Source: Pavona decussata (lineage: Eukaryota). From it: DNA of 64,000 bases. This document shows positions 23,803 to 35,346 of this stretch, in pieces. The stretch spans positions 4,650,001 to 4,714,000 of the forward strand of contig CDRNST010000058.1 in the NCBI GenBank assembly GCA_977016875.1. The letters run 5' to 3'. Below the pieces are notes generated by a model. That model had not been told where the DNA came from, did not search any database, and saw only the letters and a program-made list of their open reading frames with translations. Positions within the stretch are counted from its first letter, which is position 1. Every line of letters begins with the position of its first letter. The position numbers were made by a program, and so were the translations under genes.

Positions 23803-25441
23803 GTGTGAGTTTCATGCATTTCCTAGTGATAAATACTGAACATTTTTAAATTTAAAAGAAATATGTTAACTTGCAGGGCTATCTCCAATAAAAAAAATTC
23901 CTCTTCTGCATGGAAAGACAGTGTTAGACATTTGAAATCCAAAAGCATTTCAAGTCCACGCTTATGAACGGGCTGGCAACGAATCTCCTTTCATTTCATA
24001 CGTTTGCCTCATTTATGGAATCATAAAACTTTTGAAGACTAACAACTCCTCCTGTTGGCATGAGTGGAATTAGCTGATTTGTTTTTTAATGTCACCTAAA
24101 CTATTAGTTTTGATTGATTGATAGCTTTGGATTCTTATAGTAAAGCTATAAGCGCTATAATCTTTTGGTACCGTATGACTGCCATACCTAATCGTACCTT
24201 TTTGGCTCGCCGAGGGTATTTTGGCTCGACGAAGGGGGATTAGCTAGTTACAGTACTCAAATTCAGACCAAATCCTGGTGATATTTTTAGAAGTTACAGT
24301 AATAAAATTTGTCGGGCGTCCTTCGTGTGGCCTGCGAAGAGAATAATACGGCGGTGTCAACAAACGACACAAAAAGTGATGAATGAAAAATTATTTAACT
24401 TTGATCTTTTTTAGTTTATTTTACTTAGAGCAAAGTGACAAATCGTTGTAATAAAATATGTGTAAAGTCGTTCTCCGCAAAACTAATATTGGCATTTGAA
24501 AACGAGACAATTACAATGTATACTGAATGTTTCAGTACTTGTCCGAAAACATCGGGCAGTTGGCGAGCGCCCTCCATTTTAGTTTTGGCGGAACGTTTTT
24601 ACTCTTTTTACCACCGGAAAACACCTGCTAAATCCTAAATTGCGAAGTTTATGTTTTAACTGGCAAAACCTCAATTTAGTTTATCGTACAATGATATTAC
24701 TTTACTTGAATTCAGTAAAATTGATATCATGCGATATCATGTCAGTGACTTGATATGGTAGATTATTAGGAGAGTAGACTAGGCTTCTGATTGGGTTATT
24801 GCGAATTTGGGTACGGTAATTCTAGATATCGATGTCACAAGTCGTTGCACCCAATATACCGCCTTTAAAAAAGATGGAAGGTGCCATTTCAAATCGGGCT
24901 CAGATAGACCCGAGTTCAGCTCTTTTACCAGCTCAAGAGTAAACAGCTAGTACTCCTTTTTCTTTTCTGACCAATCGCGTTATTTTTTATAATTTGTAAA
25001 TATTTCCCTCTACTAAATATTAGCATTGATTAGCGGATTTCCTGGATACCTAAAACTGTACTAAATACCTAAATGTCACTCTTTTCATACGCCATGCATT
25101 TACACTGATAAACGTTTCAAGCAGTGTGTTTTGAATGATCGAGCACTCAATCAATCTGTCAAATGTGTTTCTACCAAATGCAATTCATATGCACGCTCAT
25201 GAACGGTATGGCAACGAATGTCCTTTCATTTTATACTTGTGCCCTATATATGGAGTAATAAAACTTTTTTTTAAAGAGAATCTCATGTTATTTTGTTGAA
25301 TTAAAAAGAATAAGTCTGAAAATGTTTGAACAATGCACCTCCTTTGAGGGTAGCATCCCATTTTGTGAACCATGAGAAAATTGCGGTTTAGCAAACGAAA
25401 AGGGACGATTGAGTAAATATCCTTATATTTATCTTTTATAG

Positions 25442-25744
25442 GTGTTCCTTTTATCGAAAGCCAAGATAAGGTCAATGAAGTTAAAGGAGGAGCATATGCA
25501 GTCAAATGGTGGCCTCACTTGAAAGACGTCTGTCAAGTTGAGCAGTACAAAGTCAACTACAGAGGAGTCTTTTCGCAGGCTTACAAAGGCAAATGGAACT
25601 CGGTTACCGTTAATAGAAATGCGACAAGCTACATCCTACACCTTCACTGTTGGAAAGAATATGAAATAGCAGTTACGTCTCTCAATTCATATGGAGAGAG
25701 TTCGATCAATGACAGCGAGCTGTGGAAATTCAGAACAAAAGGAG
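25442..25744 (+). CDS. RTK-A exon: fibronectin type III domain, copy A
   Basis: VKW..., YKVNYR, W..VTV, SYILHL...EYEIAVTS.N.YGES. 303 nt, phase 1-1. Confidence 0.92.
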
Positions 25745-27070
25745 GTAATTTATACTTTTATTATACGACTAAGGTAGTCCGAGGGCCGATAACTAAAATC
25801 AACCAATAAGATCGCTCTATTGCCGGTCCAATAATTTCCAAGTATTGGACCGGGTATCGTCCCGAATGATCCCGCGATGCGTACCGCTTTCAACTTAAAA
25901 TCAAGATGGCGGACGCCGACGATATCTTCCGAAAAATTTGCTGTAAAACTCCAGAATGGGTGGATGATTTCGAATGTCCCTCTTTTAGTCTTGAATTGGA
26001 ATTTCTTAAGGAAACGACGAGTGAACCTGCTCCAGCAAGAGAAACATCGAGTAGGAGTAAAACAAGCACCCAAGCAGATGTGAAACCAAACGCGAAGTCA
26101 ACAGTGACAGCCAACAGCTACAAGATTCTATTTCTGAACAAAAGTCAAGCAATACAGTCAATAAAACGAGGTCCGACATGACAGCTCTAAAGCGTTTTTG
26201 TTCTACAATTAGCGAGACGAGAGAACCAGAAACTTTTACTGCGAAGGAACTTGACAATTACTTCCAATATCTTTTTAAAGATGTCAGAAAAGAAAATAGC
26301 GAAGAGTACGAACCAAGTTCGCTCACTTCAATTCAAAGAAGCTTCCAACGCTACTTTTCTGAGAAGAGGTTACCTTTTAATATATTTGAAGATCAGGAGT
26401 TCTCCCGTTGAAGTCAAGTCCTTGCCGCAAAACGAAAGAGCCTTGTTCAGAGTGGTTTCGGCAAAAAGCCAAATGCTACGCGGGAATTAACAAAAGAAGA
26501 ACAAGAAAAGCTCTTTATAACCGGGCAGTTTGGTGACCACGATCCGCTGGCCCTGAAAAGAACCCTTTGGCGGTTTCTTTCTTTGCATTTTGGCTTTCGA
26601 GCCAGAGATGAGTCCAGAAAGCTGTGCTGGGGGATGTCCTACTGGAAAAGGATCCCGAAACAGGCCGAGAACTCCTCGCTTGGCGGACGGAAAGAGGATC
26701 GAAAACACGTCAAGGAAACACATAAACTGGCTACAAAAGACATTTCTGTCCGAAACTGTTTTTTACTGGTGATGCCAGATGCCAAGTGAAAGTCTAAACT
26801 ACGTTCAAGAAACACAGGCCAGAGGAAACGAAGAAACCAGAAGCTCCGTTTTACTTGGCTATAAAGCAGAAGAGAAGTCCTGACGAGCAGATCTGGTATA
26901 TGCGTTCACCATCAGGCAAAAATCAACTGGGCAAGTTCAGTTCCCAGACGCAGTTTCAACTGCTGGCCTATAATCCGGCAAGAGAAAGGTGTGTAATCAT
27001 TCCGTGAAGAAAACTAACATCGGTAGATTGCTTGACACCAATTTCCCCGAAAACTATGTGATGCAGATAA

Positions 27071-27298
27071 AGAGCCCTAGTCAACCACACCTTTGTTTTT
27101 GTTTATATGCAAGAGTTTGGCCATTATATTTCATTCGGAGCATGTCGAAATGAACGAAATCACTGTGAAACTACTAAAGATAATGAAACATATTTTCAGG
27201 AACACAACTTACGGTAAAGTAATAAGATTTCGCTTCACCTGATGCAATATCAATAATTTCGATGGCATCGAAAATGGCGGAGGCTGACTAGGATCGTT
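27071..27298. mobile_element. MITE inserted in the Crypton ORF (TAA flanks, Harbinger-like)
   Basis: Imperfect TIR CCTAGTCAACC / GGCTGACTAGG with TAA on both sides. Removing it rejoins NYVMQ to SGYKNIQSL. Confidence 0.65.
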
Positions 27299-27578
27299 TA
27301 AGCGGCTACAAAAATATCCAGAGTTTAAGTGCCTACAAATCGGCTCTGTCTTTAGGCCACCAACGTCAGATGTCCGATGCACTCAGCGGGAGAATAGAGT
27401 CAGCAACTGCAAGCTCCAGCGATGTAAAATCTGATGATTCTGTCAAGGTTACTTCAGTTTCTAGCAAAGGTTACTCGTCAAGTCCAAATGTCCTTGAAAC
27501 CTTCTTTACTGGTGCTAACATTTCATCCATGTCAGGGTGCACATTCCAGTTCATGACAGGACCGGTTAGCATCGTTAA

Positions 27579-28184
27579 AGTGCCCCTAACCCTTCAATTT
27601 GTTTTCTTTTGGTAGATTTCCATATCTGTGAAGAACTCATTTTCGAATTTTTTTTTTAGAAATATTGAATCCTTTTTATTTTACGAGCGCTTAAAGTTAC
27701 TGAAATTTTTAAATTTTTGCGCCCTTAAAGCCCCGCTGGACAAATTTTTGTCTCGTGGGCTCATTAGGAACGAGCCAATGAGAAGCGTCCGATATTTGAC
27801 ACTTTCTTAGCTGTGACGTAAGAAAAGGACACCAGAAGGATTCAGAAGGAATCTTATGCATGCTGATTCCTTTCTCTACATTTCGAGAGTTGCTGCATCC
27901 AAAAACCACACACTTTTCAACCATTTTCTCTGTTTACAATTGAAGCATTACCGCGAATCTTTGAATATTTTTGCACGATGTCCTTTTCTTACGTCACGCT
28001 GCATATTTGGCCGAGTGGGGGACTAATGCGAACGATAGGTGAAAATATCGATAAGACTGCCTTCACTTCTAGCGCTCGTAAAAAAAAAAAGGATTCAATA
28101 TTTCTCAAAATTTTTTTCGAAAATGAGTTCTTGAAAGATATGGAAATCTACAAAAAGAAAACAAATTGAAGGGTTAGGGGCACT
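27579..28184 (-). mobile_element. Kolobok-like non-autonomous transposon carrying a THAP-domain N-terminal fragment
   Basis: TTAA|AGTGCCCCTAACCCTTCAATTTG...CAAATTGAAGGGTTAGGGGCACT|TTAA with long TIRs. Minus-strand MVEKCVVFGCSNSRNVEKGISMHKIP resembles a THAP start. Removing it restores ...PVSIVNKPAPKRPTRLIIESDDED*. Confidence 0.85.
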
Positions 28185-28513
28185 TTAACAAACCAGCTCC
28201 AAAGCGACCAACGAGGCTCATTATTGAAAGTGACGACGAAGATTGAGTTAAGCTTATATATTTCTGACTCACCCTCGCGTGTTTGGTGGCTGCTTCTTTA
28301 GTGATTGATCAACTTTTGGTATTTACTGGAGTTTCGACGTGTCAAACCAACCGTTCATTTGAGACATTTTGAAAACTTTCCAGGAGTTTAAAACGTTAAA
28401 GCAGTCCACGTTGTTAAACTTATTCTTCCCCCACTTTAGCACAATGATAAAATTGTGATTTAACAAACGAATAGAGACGATTGAGTCAATATCCTTGAAT
28501 TTATCTTTTTTAG

Positions 28514-28816
28514 GTATTCCAGTGATCGATAGCCAAGCTAAGATCAATGAAGTTAAAGGAGGAACCTATGCAGTCAAATGGGAGCCTCTCTTGGAAGATG
28601 CCTGTCCAGTTGAGCAGTACAAAGTCAACTACAGAGAAATCTTTTCAAAGGCCAACAAAGGCAAATGGAACTCGGTTACCGTTAATAGAAATGCGACAAG
28701 CTACATCCTGCACCTACACTGTTGGAAAGAATATGAAATAGCAGTAACGTCTCTCAATTCATATGGAGAGAGTTCGATCAATGACAGCGAGGTGTGGAAA
28801 TTCAGAACACTAGGAG
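28514..28816 (+). CDS. RTK-A exon: fibronectin type III domain, copy B (recent duplicate of copy A)
   Basis: 303 nt, phase 1-1. About 84 of 101 aa are identical to 25442-25744, and ~85 nt of upstream intron is also homologous. Confidence 0.92.
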
Positions 28817-29299
28817 GTAATTTTTGATGGTTCTTTTAACATCAGTTCCTGCCAAATTAAAGGCTCGCTTAAAATGAAAGAAAATAATACTGTCTAACAA
28901 TGATGTTAGCTCAGTCAAGGTAACTGAAGTTCGTGCAACAAGCAGAACGGAAATGACGTTAAAAGGCATTAGATAATAGTTAGCCTTAATTGTTCTCTGG
29001 TCACAGTATACTGGCCTGAAATACAGACTTACCTTTGGCGGGAGATTTAGTATATTCTATTCTCTGGCTGGCCGGCATCTTGACTTGGAGTAAACACGTG
29101 AATTGATTTGAGTTTACCAAAGGAACACCACCCGCCATTAAATAAGCTCGATCATTTTCGATAGACATCTCTGACAGGGCACAAAAGTCTGCTAAAAGCT
29201 ATTCGTTGATAGAAACCAAGAAATAACTTTTCGGCTTATATTGAATTAGAACTATACTACTAGACGCATTTAGCAACAGCTGATTTTTATTGGCTCCAG

Positions 29300-29513
29300 G
29301 AGACAACTGCTGTGTTGAAGCTAATTTTCAAAGTCAACCAGGATGGGTAAATTGTTCCCTGGGAAGATACCTGAATGGAGTCAGGACAAAATCGTCTGGA
29401 AAAAATGGCGGCATGGATCATGTCACAAAAGGGAGATGCTGCACACCTCCACAGGAATACCAAGATCAAACACTTGTTTGTCAAACAGCAGACTGGAAAA
29501 CTGCCCTAAGCAG
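29300..29513 (+). CDS. RTK-A exon: Cys-rich three-repeat domain, part 1
   Basis: GDNCCVEANF...GWVNCSLGRYLNGV...MDHVTKGRCCTPP...CQTADWKTALS. CCAG acceptor (phase 1) and AG|GTCTGT donor (phase 2). Confidence 0.82.
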
Positions 29514-29839
29514 GTCTGTAAAATAAGTGACTTTAAATTGGTCTTTAGTATTGAAGAACGTGCTGTTGCAATGCATGCTCAATTACAAGAACGGCTATAT
29601 ATGTTGTCGTTAAGGCAGCACATTATCCCCGAGATAATTTGATTTTCGAATACTTTTCCTTGAGCTTCCTTTATTGATGCAATGGATCTGTGATGTGGGC
29701 CGTGGATTAGAACACTGATGTAATTATTTTCCGTGTTTATCGGGGTCCGAGTATTTTCTTTGAACTGAACGATTTAGTTCCTTTCGAAATCAAATTAAAA
29801 ATCAAGCAACTAACCACATTTTAAATAGAAGAAAGACCC

Positions 29840-29898
29840 TTATAGTTATTTACTCAACTCACGAGTTGCAAAAAGAAAGCCTGAAAAATTTAGGCTTG

Positions 29899-29930
<32 letters not shown>

Positions 29931-30105
29931 AGATATAGCCGGCTCTACCAACTAAACCAACAAGCAAACTAGGAGCTGGTCATATTGTGAGTTTGTAATG
30001 TAGCCGTGAAAAATGAATGAATGAACACTTTTATATGAAACGATAATCGTTATTTGAACTGGGGGTGAAAGATCAATTTTAGGTTTTATATATTCATATT
30101 CATTT
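29840..30105 (-). mobile_element. tRNA-derived SINE-like repeat
   Basis: The minus strand carries the B-box GGGTTCGAATCCCGTTCAAGCC and a degenerate A-box region (..TTGGTAGAGC). No complete cloverleaf. Confidence 0.6.
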
Positions 30106-30147
30106 AACCACATTTTGCGCGACTATATTTTTATTTCCAAAATCTAG

Positions 30148-30434
30148 CAACCACACCTGGGCTGTCTGTCCTCACGGATATTTTCTTCAAGGATTTTACC
30201 GCTCCGATGATACTGGGACTGGGCTGCATAACATCAAGCAAGCAACATGCTGCAGGCCTAGAAACTTCAAAAGCGTCCCCCTGGACTGCTATGATCACAA
30301 TTTGACGGTTTCAGTTGCTAAAAAAGGCTGGAGTAAATGTCAAGACTGGTCCTATCTAGCCGGTGTATATAAGGGAGTCTGTGACAAGCTGCACTGTATT
30401 GAAACTTTTAGATGCTGTAGGATGCCTCCCTCAG
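30148..30434 (+). CDS. RTK-A exon: Cys-rich three-repeat domain, part 2 (biomphalysin small-lobe-like)
   Basis: NHTWAVCPHGYFLQGFYRSDDTGTGLHNIKQATCCRP...CYDHN...KKGWSKCQDWSYLAGVYKGVCDKLHCIETFRCCRM. Phase-2 acceptor and phase-1 donor. Confidence 0.85.
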
Positions 30435-30787
30435 GTATCTATGCACTGTGTACACTGTTGTGCCAAGTTGCAAACATGAATCCACGCTCTATCTTAAAAT
30501 TCTCCAAGTTCCTATTTCAATAAGATTGCGTATAAATAAGCTGCATTATACATATAAACTCCAAAGTGCACGGATCATAAAGTCTTGCTATTTTTGGCAG
30601 AACTTCTTTGATCCAGCGTTTCTAGACTGGTTCACAAGTTGAGACAAGGGATCGGAAGCCACCTTTTAATGAGTTTAGAACATCTTTAGATGCACTTAAA
30701 GCCAAGATTAACTTAATATAGTACAAGCATTAAGCAAGGACATTTGATAATGACCCCAATTAACGTTTTTGTACCTGTTGTTTTTAG

Positions 30788-30839
30788 AGATGATTGTTCT
30801 TGGCCACTGGAAGCTAGATGGCAGTGATCAGGACATAAG
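30788..30839 (+). CDS. RTK-A 52-nt exon: first strand of LamG domain 2 (MIVLGHWKLDGSDQDI)
   Basis: Homologous to 21804-21855 with the same splice phases. Confidence 0.85.
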
Positions 30840-31224
30840 GTTGGTCAATTACTATATATTTGAGCGACCAGTGAAACCTTATAGTTTTTTGTAGGAAAAG
30901 GTTTCCGTTGAAATTGAACTATATGTTTCGAACAACATAATCCTTTTCAAGGTTGACATGTAAATCATTTTAGCTAAATTAAGAATAAAAAAAAAATCGC
31001 CAACCGTTGTTTGTCACCATAACCGACTGTTCATACGTCTCTGAAATACGGATAAAATGGTACTTGGCATCGGATTGGGTTTTGATCATCAACGTTTAAC
31101 TGCGAATAGAAAAATACTAATCAATTTCCTGAGGGGATTTTTGAAAGAAGGTTACACTTTTGAATGGAGTGCTTCTTTTAAGGTTGAACAGTTACACGTT
31201 TATTAGCTTTTTTTCCTATCTCAG

Positions 31225-31775
31225 TTTCAGTGGTAATGTATCCTTTATCGAAGGGTGGTGTCCAGAAAGTAAGGCTCCCATCTTCGACCGACCAAATTCC
31301 TTCGCCACTGCTCCGATAGTCTATCTGAACGGCAGGAGTTTTACAATTGCATGTTGGATAAAACCCACGAAGATCTTAGTAGGGTACCAGATGGCGATAT
31401 ATAATGACTGGCGTTACCCATGGCAGTTTCTTTTATACATTGAAGACAAGTTGTTGAAATTTGCACGCCATAGCTTCAATGATAACTATCGGTGGTATAT
31501 TGTTAAAAGTAGCACCGTTGTCGCATTGTACACCTGGACGTAAGTGGCAGTCACGTGGAATCACGTAAAAGGGTCTTCGTTACTCTACGTTGACGGTAAA
31601 AGGGAAGGTTATCGTACCTATCAACCTCAGGGAACATTCTTCTACAAACCCATTGGGAGGCCATACAAGATTGGGAATGACGATCACGGGGACGATCACC
31701 AGTTCTACGGATCAGTAATGGATCTTTATGTGTTTGGCACAGCATTGTCAGTGAATGAGATCAATAAACTAAGAG
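31225..31775 (+). CDS. RTK-A exon: LamG-like domain 2, containing an in-frame TAA
   Basis: FTIACWIK...WT*VAVTW...LYVDG...YKIGND..FYGSVMDLYVF. TAA at 31541-31543 replaces the His (CAC) found in the other two LamG copies. Confidence 0.88.
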
Positions 31776-32169
31776 GTTGGTGTGTAATTAGCCTTTTTAA
31801 ACACCAGTCACTGATTGCATTACCAGCTTTCTTGGTGGCATGAGTGAAGATAGCTTAATTTTGTTTATTGATTTCATAGCTTTGAATTCTTGTAATAAAA
31901 CAAACAGCTATAATCTTAAAACCAGCTAAACTTTATCTGTTTTCATTTTTAAATGTTTCCCTGTACTAAATATCAGTTTTTATGTGTATTTCCTAGAAGG
32001 CCATAATAGATGCATAAATGCAACTCTCTTCATAAGCCATGCATTTACATTTATATACTTTCCAAACAGTGAGCTTTGGATGATCGAGCAATCAATCAAT
32101 CTGTCAAATTTTCCTCTTTTCCTTTCAAAATCTTAAGACTATCATGTTTCCACTTACGATCCTTTGCAG

Positions 32170-32469
32170 GTGTACCTTTTGTCGTAAACAGCAGCAAGGA
32201 AGTTATAGGGGGAGCCGTTTTAGTCAAATGGGAGCCTCCCATGGAAAGGATATGTCATGTTGTGGAGTACAACGTTTACTACAGAGAAGTAATTCTGCGG
32301 GATGAAAAAGGCCACTGGAATTTAATAACTGTCGATAGGAACACCACCAGCTATACCCTTCACCTGGAGTGTTGGAAACAGTATGAAATAACTGTCACCG
32401 CCTTTTATTCACACGGAGAAAGCGACAAGGAGGACAGAAAGATATGGAACTTCAAAACTGGACTTAAAG
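32170..32469 (+). CDS. RTK-A exon: fibronectin type III domain 3
   Basis: VKWEPP...YNVYYR...SYTLHLECWKQYEITVTA...GES. 300 nt, phase 1-1. Confidence 0.92.
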
Positions 32470-33332
32470 GTAAAAGTTGGTGCTTAACCCAGGTTTCCGC
32501 GCCACTAAGGAGTACCTATGGGTGTTCAATAATCTCTTCTGGATTGTATACTTTTATTTCCGGGAAAAAATTATGATTTTGGTTTCCTTGGGTAATCACA
32601 GTTTTAACACTGCAGATAATTGCTACTCATCATATCTTTTATCAGGGTTGCCATTAGCAGCGTGGTTGTATAATAATTTTTGAGGGAAGATTGTGATCTA
32701 AATGGCTTTTTGTTCTTTAGTTTTTAATTTTACTTACAGATTCCGTGATTTGTAAGCTCTTCTGAAACCAGCCAGCAAATGTGAATAAAGCCGCTGCAAA
32801 AATAAATATAAACTATAATACACAAATGTTTTCAAAATAATCGTTAGATCCGGTCATATTCCAATTAAACTGATAGATCAAAATTGATCGTTTGTCTCAC
32901 GGCTTTGTAGCATAAGTATGGTTAGCGACGTTTCCTCGTCTTCATGAGGCGTTGGTGTCGACTGTCTGCATGTGGATTGGTGGTAATTATCGTATTTTGA
33001 TCCTTTCCCCACTAATACAATCATGAGATAAACGACCAAGTCTGATTAATCATTAAAATCTATGATAAACGAACATCAAAATAAACCGTTTTTGAAACAT
33101 TACACAGTAACATTTGATAAGGTTTTCTCTTAAGGCGCAACTTGAGTCGAACTAATAAATGTTATCGTCTTGTCTTGAAAAAATGAGCTACCCAAAGGAT
33201 TTCTTAATCCATTTCTGAGTTTTTTTGATACAGATAGGCAATAGGCGGAGAAAGTTCGGGGGTCACCCAAAAGTTTTGGAGCGATTTTCCCCGCTATCAA
33301 ACAACTTTTTTCTTTTTAAACATTATGTGCAG

Positions 33333-33635
33333 AAACACCATTACCTCCTACAATAACAAACAGCGAAACTAAAACAATGGGCTGTAATGTCATCGTCACT
33401 TGGATGAAGCTTGCCGATAACGGATGTCCGCTGACCATGTATTCGGTGTACTATCGGGAGATACAGTCACACGAAACACGAGCAGCCTGGCAGGAAGTTA
33501 GAATCAATGGCAATTTGAAGACTCATCTTGTTCTTCCGTTAAGATGTGACACGCAGTACGTGATCGAAATGTCCGCCTGGTATGAGTTGGTCGAGAGCAA
33601 GAGATCAAGAAGGTGGAATATAAAAACAATCTCAG
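33333..33635 (+). CDS. RTK-A exon: fibronectin type III domain 4 (GC splice donor)
   Basis: TPLPPTI...VTW...DNGCPLTMYSVYYR...L.CDTQYVIEMSA...ES. 303 nt ending CAG|GCAAGT. Confidence 0.85.
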
Positions 33636-34843
33636 GCAAGTTTCCAGGAAGTTATTATTTGCATCCTTTTCTATGTTTTGTTAGAGAGTCGATGGTAGGG
33701 AGGACGCACTTTAAAGTAACTTCATCCTGGAACTGATTTTCGCATGCCAGATGGCGCTACTCCAGATCTTCTGCCATCTTCAGTGTCATGTATACGAGAA
33801 CCTTGCCTACCCCGAGATACTTCCGGATGTGAATTTAACGGGGGGGGGGGGGGGGGAGGAGGAGGTAGCTCAATAAGTTCAGTCGTAGGGTTGTCAAAAC
33901 TGTTTTTGCCTTATATACCAAGGCTATTGTTTTTGTTTGAGATCTTTCATGGAAGTAATAACAAATAACACACCATTTCCAACATATTAAAATTCTAGCT
34001 TGGCTGCGAGACTTGGGGGAATAAAACAACAGAAGTTACATTGAAGTTCAGAGATGAACAATTTTAAATTTCTTTGTTTTATTCCCATAAGGCTCGTAGC
34101 CAAGCTAAATTTTAATATATCGGAAATGGTCTATTTGATGGATCACAAGAACGTAACAGGTTACTTTCCAAACCAGTTGGCCAATTTCAGCTCCGGTATG
34201 CAGTATCACGCTGTAACTGTTTTACATGGAGTTGCAAAAATGGGAAAATTTATTTTAGATAGGGGAGGCAGATGAAAGATTATTACTTGGAAGAACGTCA
34301 ACGTTAACAAGTTCCAGCTACACTGCTCCACCCAAGCCTCGGTCAGTACCTTCCAGGGACACAGTCTCTGCACGCGAGCTAAAAGCAGCAAACACAATGA
34401 TATTTTTACAATTACTGTTATTCGATACTATGTGCGGCTGATTTTTACGCCTCCTTTCTGAAAGTTGAACAGCCCCAACAAAAGGTTTTGGGCAAAAATT
34501 AAAAGATCTTCAGCCGAATATTAAAACTTCCTGAACAGTAATATGTAACAGTGCCAAGAAATAGGCAATTATAGATCCCCTCCCCACCCTCACCCCATTC
34601 CCCCCAAATGGGTAAAAATTCCTATTTATATTTGATAATAATCTTTGAATTAGCCACATACTATAAAAATATACACAAGGTTCGTGACGGGGAATTATGT
34701 CAAAAGATAAGAGTTTGGTAAACGTGTGTTCGCATGAGGTGGAAATATGACTGGCGTTATTTCTTATGTCAGTTTAGATTGAACAGTGCAATTATTTGAC
34801 TTCTCTCAGTAACAGGAATTATTCTCTTGACAATCATTTTCAG

Positions 34844-34994
34844 ACACGAGCTCTCGGACATCTTCAGCCTTGGTGATTGGTTTAATATCGGGGATTGTTG
34901 TCCTTCTTGTGATCACTTTCATCGGGGTGACATCCTGGATTCATAAAAAAATAGTGAAAAAGAAGAAGTTGGCTCGTAAGTCGGAATCCCGGAG
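34844..34994 (+). CDS. RTK-A exon: transmembrane helix plus basic stop-transfer sequence
   Basis: ALVIGLISGIVVLLVITFIGVTSWI followed by HKKIVKKKKLARK. TTTCAG acceptor and AG|GTATTA donor. Not in the ORF track. Confidence 0.88.
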
Positions 34995-35346
34995 GTATTA
35001 ACTTTATTTATCTTTCAAAACATTTGGAACGATCTTTCACATAACTTTTAAATACTGGATACATCACAAGTTCAAAAATACTAGTATTACAACAACAACA
35101 ACAACAACAACAATTTATTATCAGAAAAGACAAATTACAATATTACATACCCACAAGTCAGCGGCGAGTTGACCAAGATGGCCGCAATTTTTTGAGCTCT
35201 GCTCGTTTTCTTTCAATTGTCCTTCTTTCCTTTCTTTTTGCTTTATACATACATTTATACTTAGTAAGGCCCAAAGTGTCTGTCATCGGTTGCCGGAAAA
35301 AATCCGACCTATGAAAACTAGCATAATGTGATTCTTCGTTTTACAG

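Larger units (their letters stand above)
25760..28350 (+). mobile_element. Degenerate Crypton-type tyrosine-recombinase element (DUF3504/ZMYM-like domain)
   Basis: Broken ORF from ATG 25906 to TGA 28244-28246 with VRKENSEEYEPSSL, HFGFRARDE, APFYLAI, WYMRSP.GKN.LG, NHSVKKT and SGYKNIQSLSAY. It has several stops and frameshifts and two inserted elements. Confidence 0.8.

Noticed and set aside
25906-28246. Domesticated host gene of the ZMYM/QRICH1/KCTD1 type
   Set aside because: Multiple stops, frameshifts and transposon insertions, no introns, and an intronic location indicate a dead Crypton copy.
29880-29960. tRNA gene on the minus strand
   Set aside because: It has a B-box/T-arm but no intact acceptor stem or D-arm and is embedded in a longer repeat, so it is treated as a SINE.
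31541-31543. Programmed recoding (Sec/Pyl or readthrough)
   Set aside because: The codon is TAA at a His position, and a separate frameshift downstream points to decay.
33840-33866. Poly-G run giving a poly-Gly ORF (33744-33968)
   Set aside because: It is an intronic homopolymer of unreliable length with no coding evidence.
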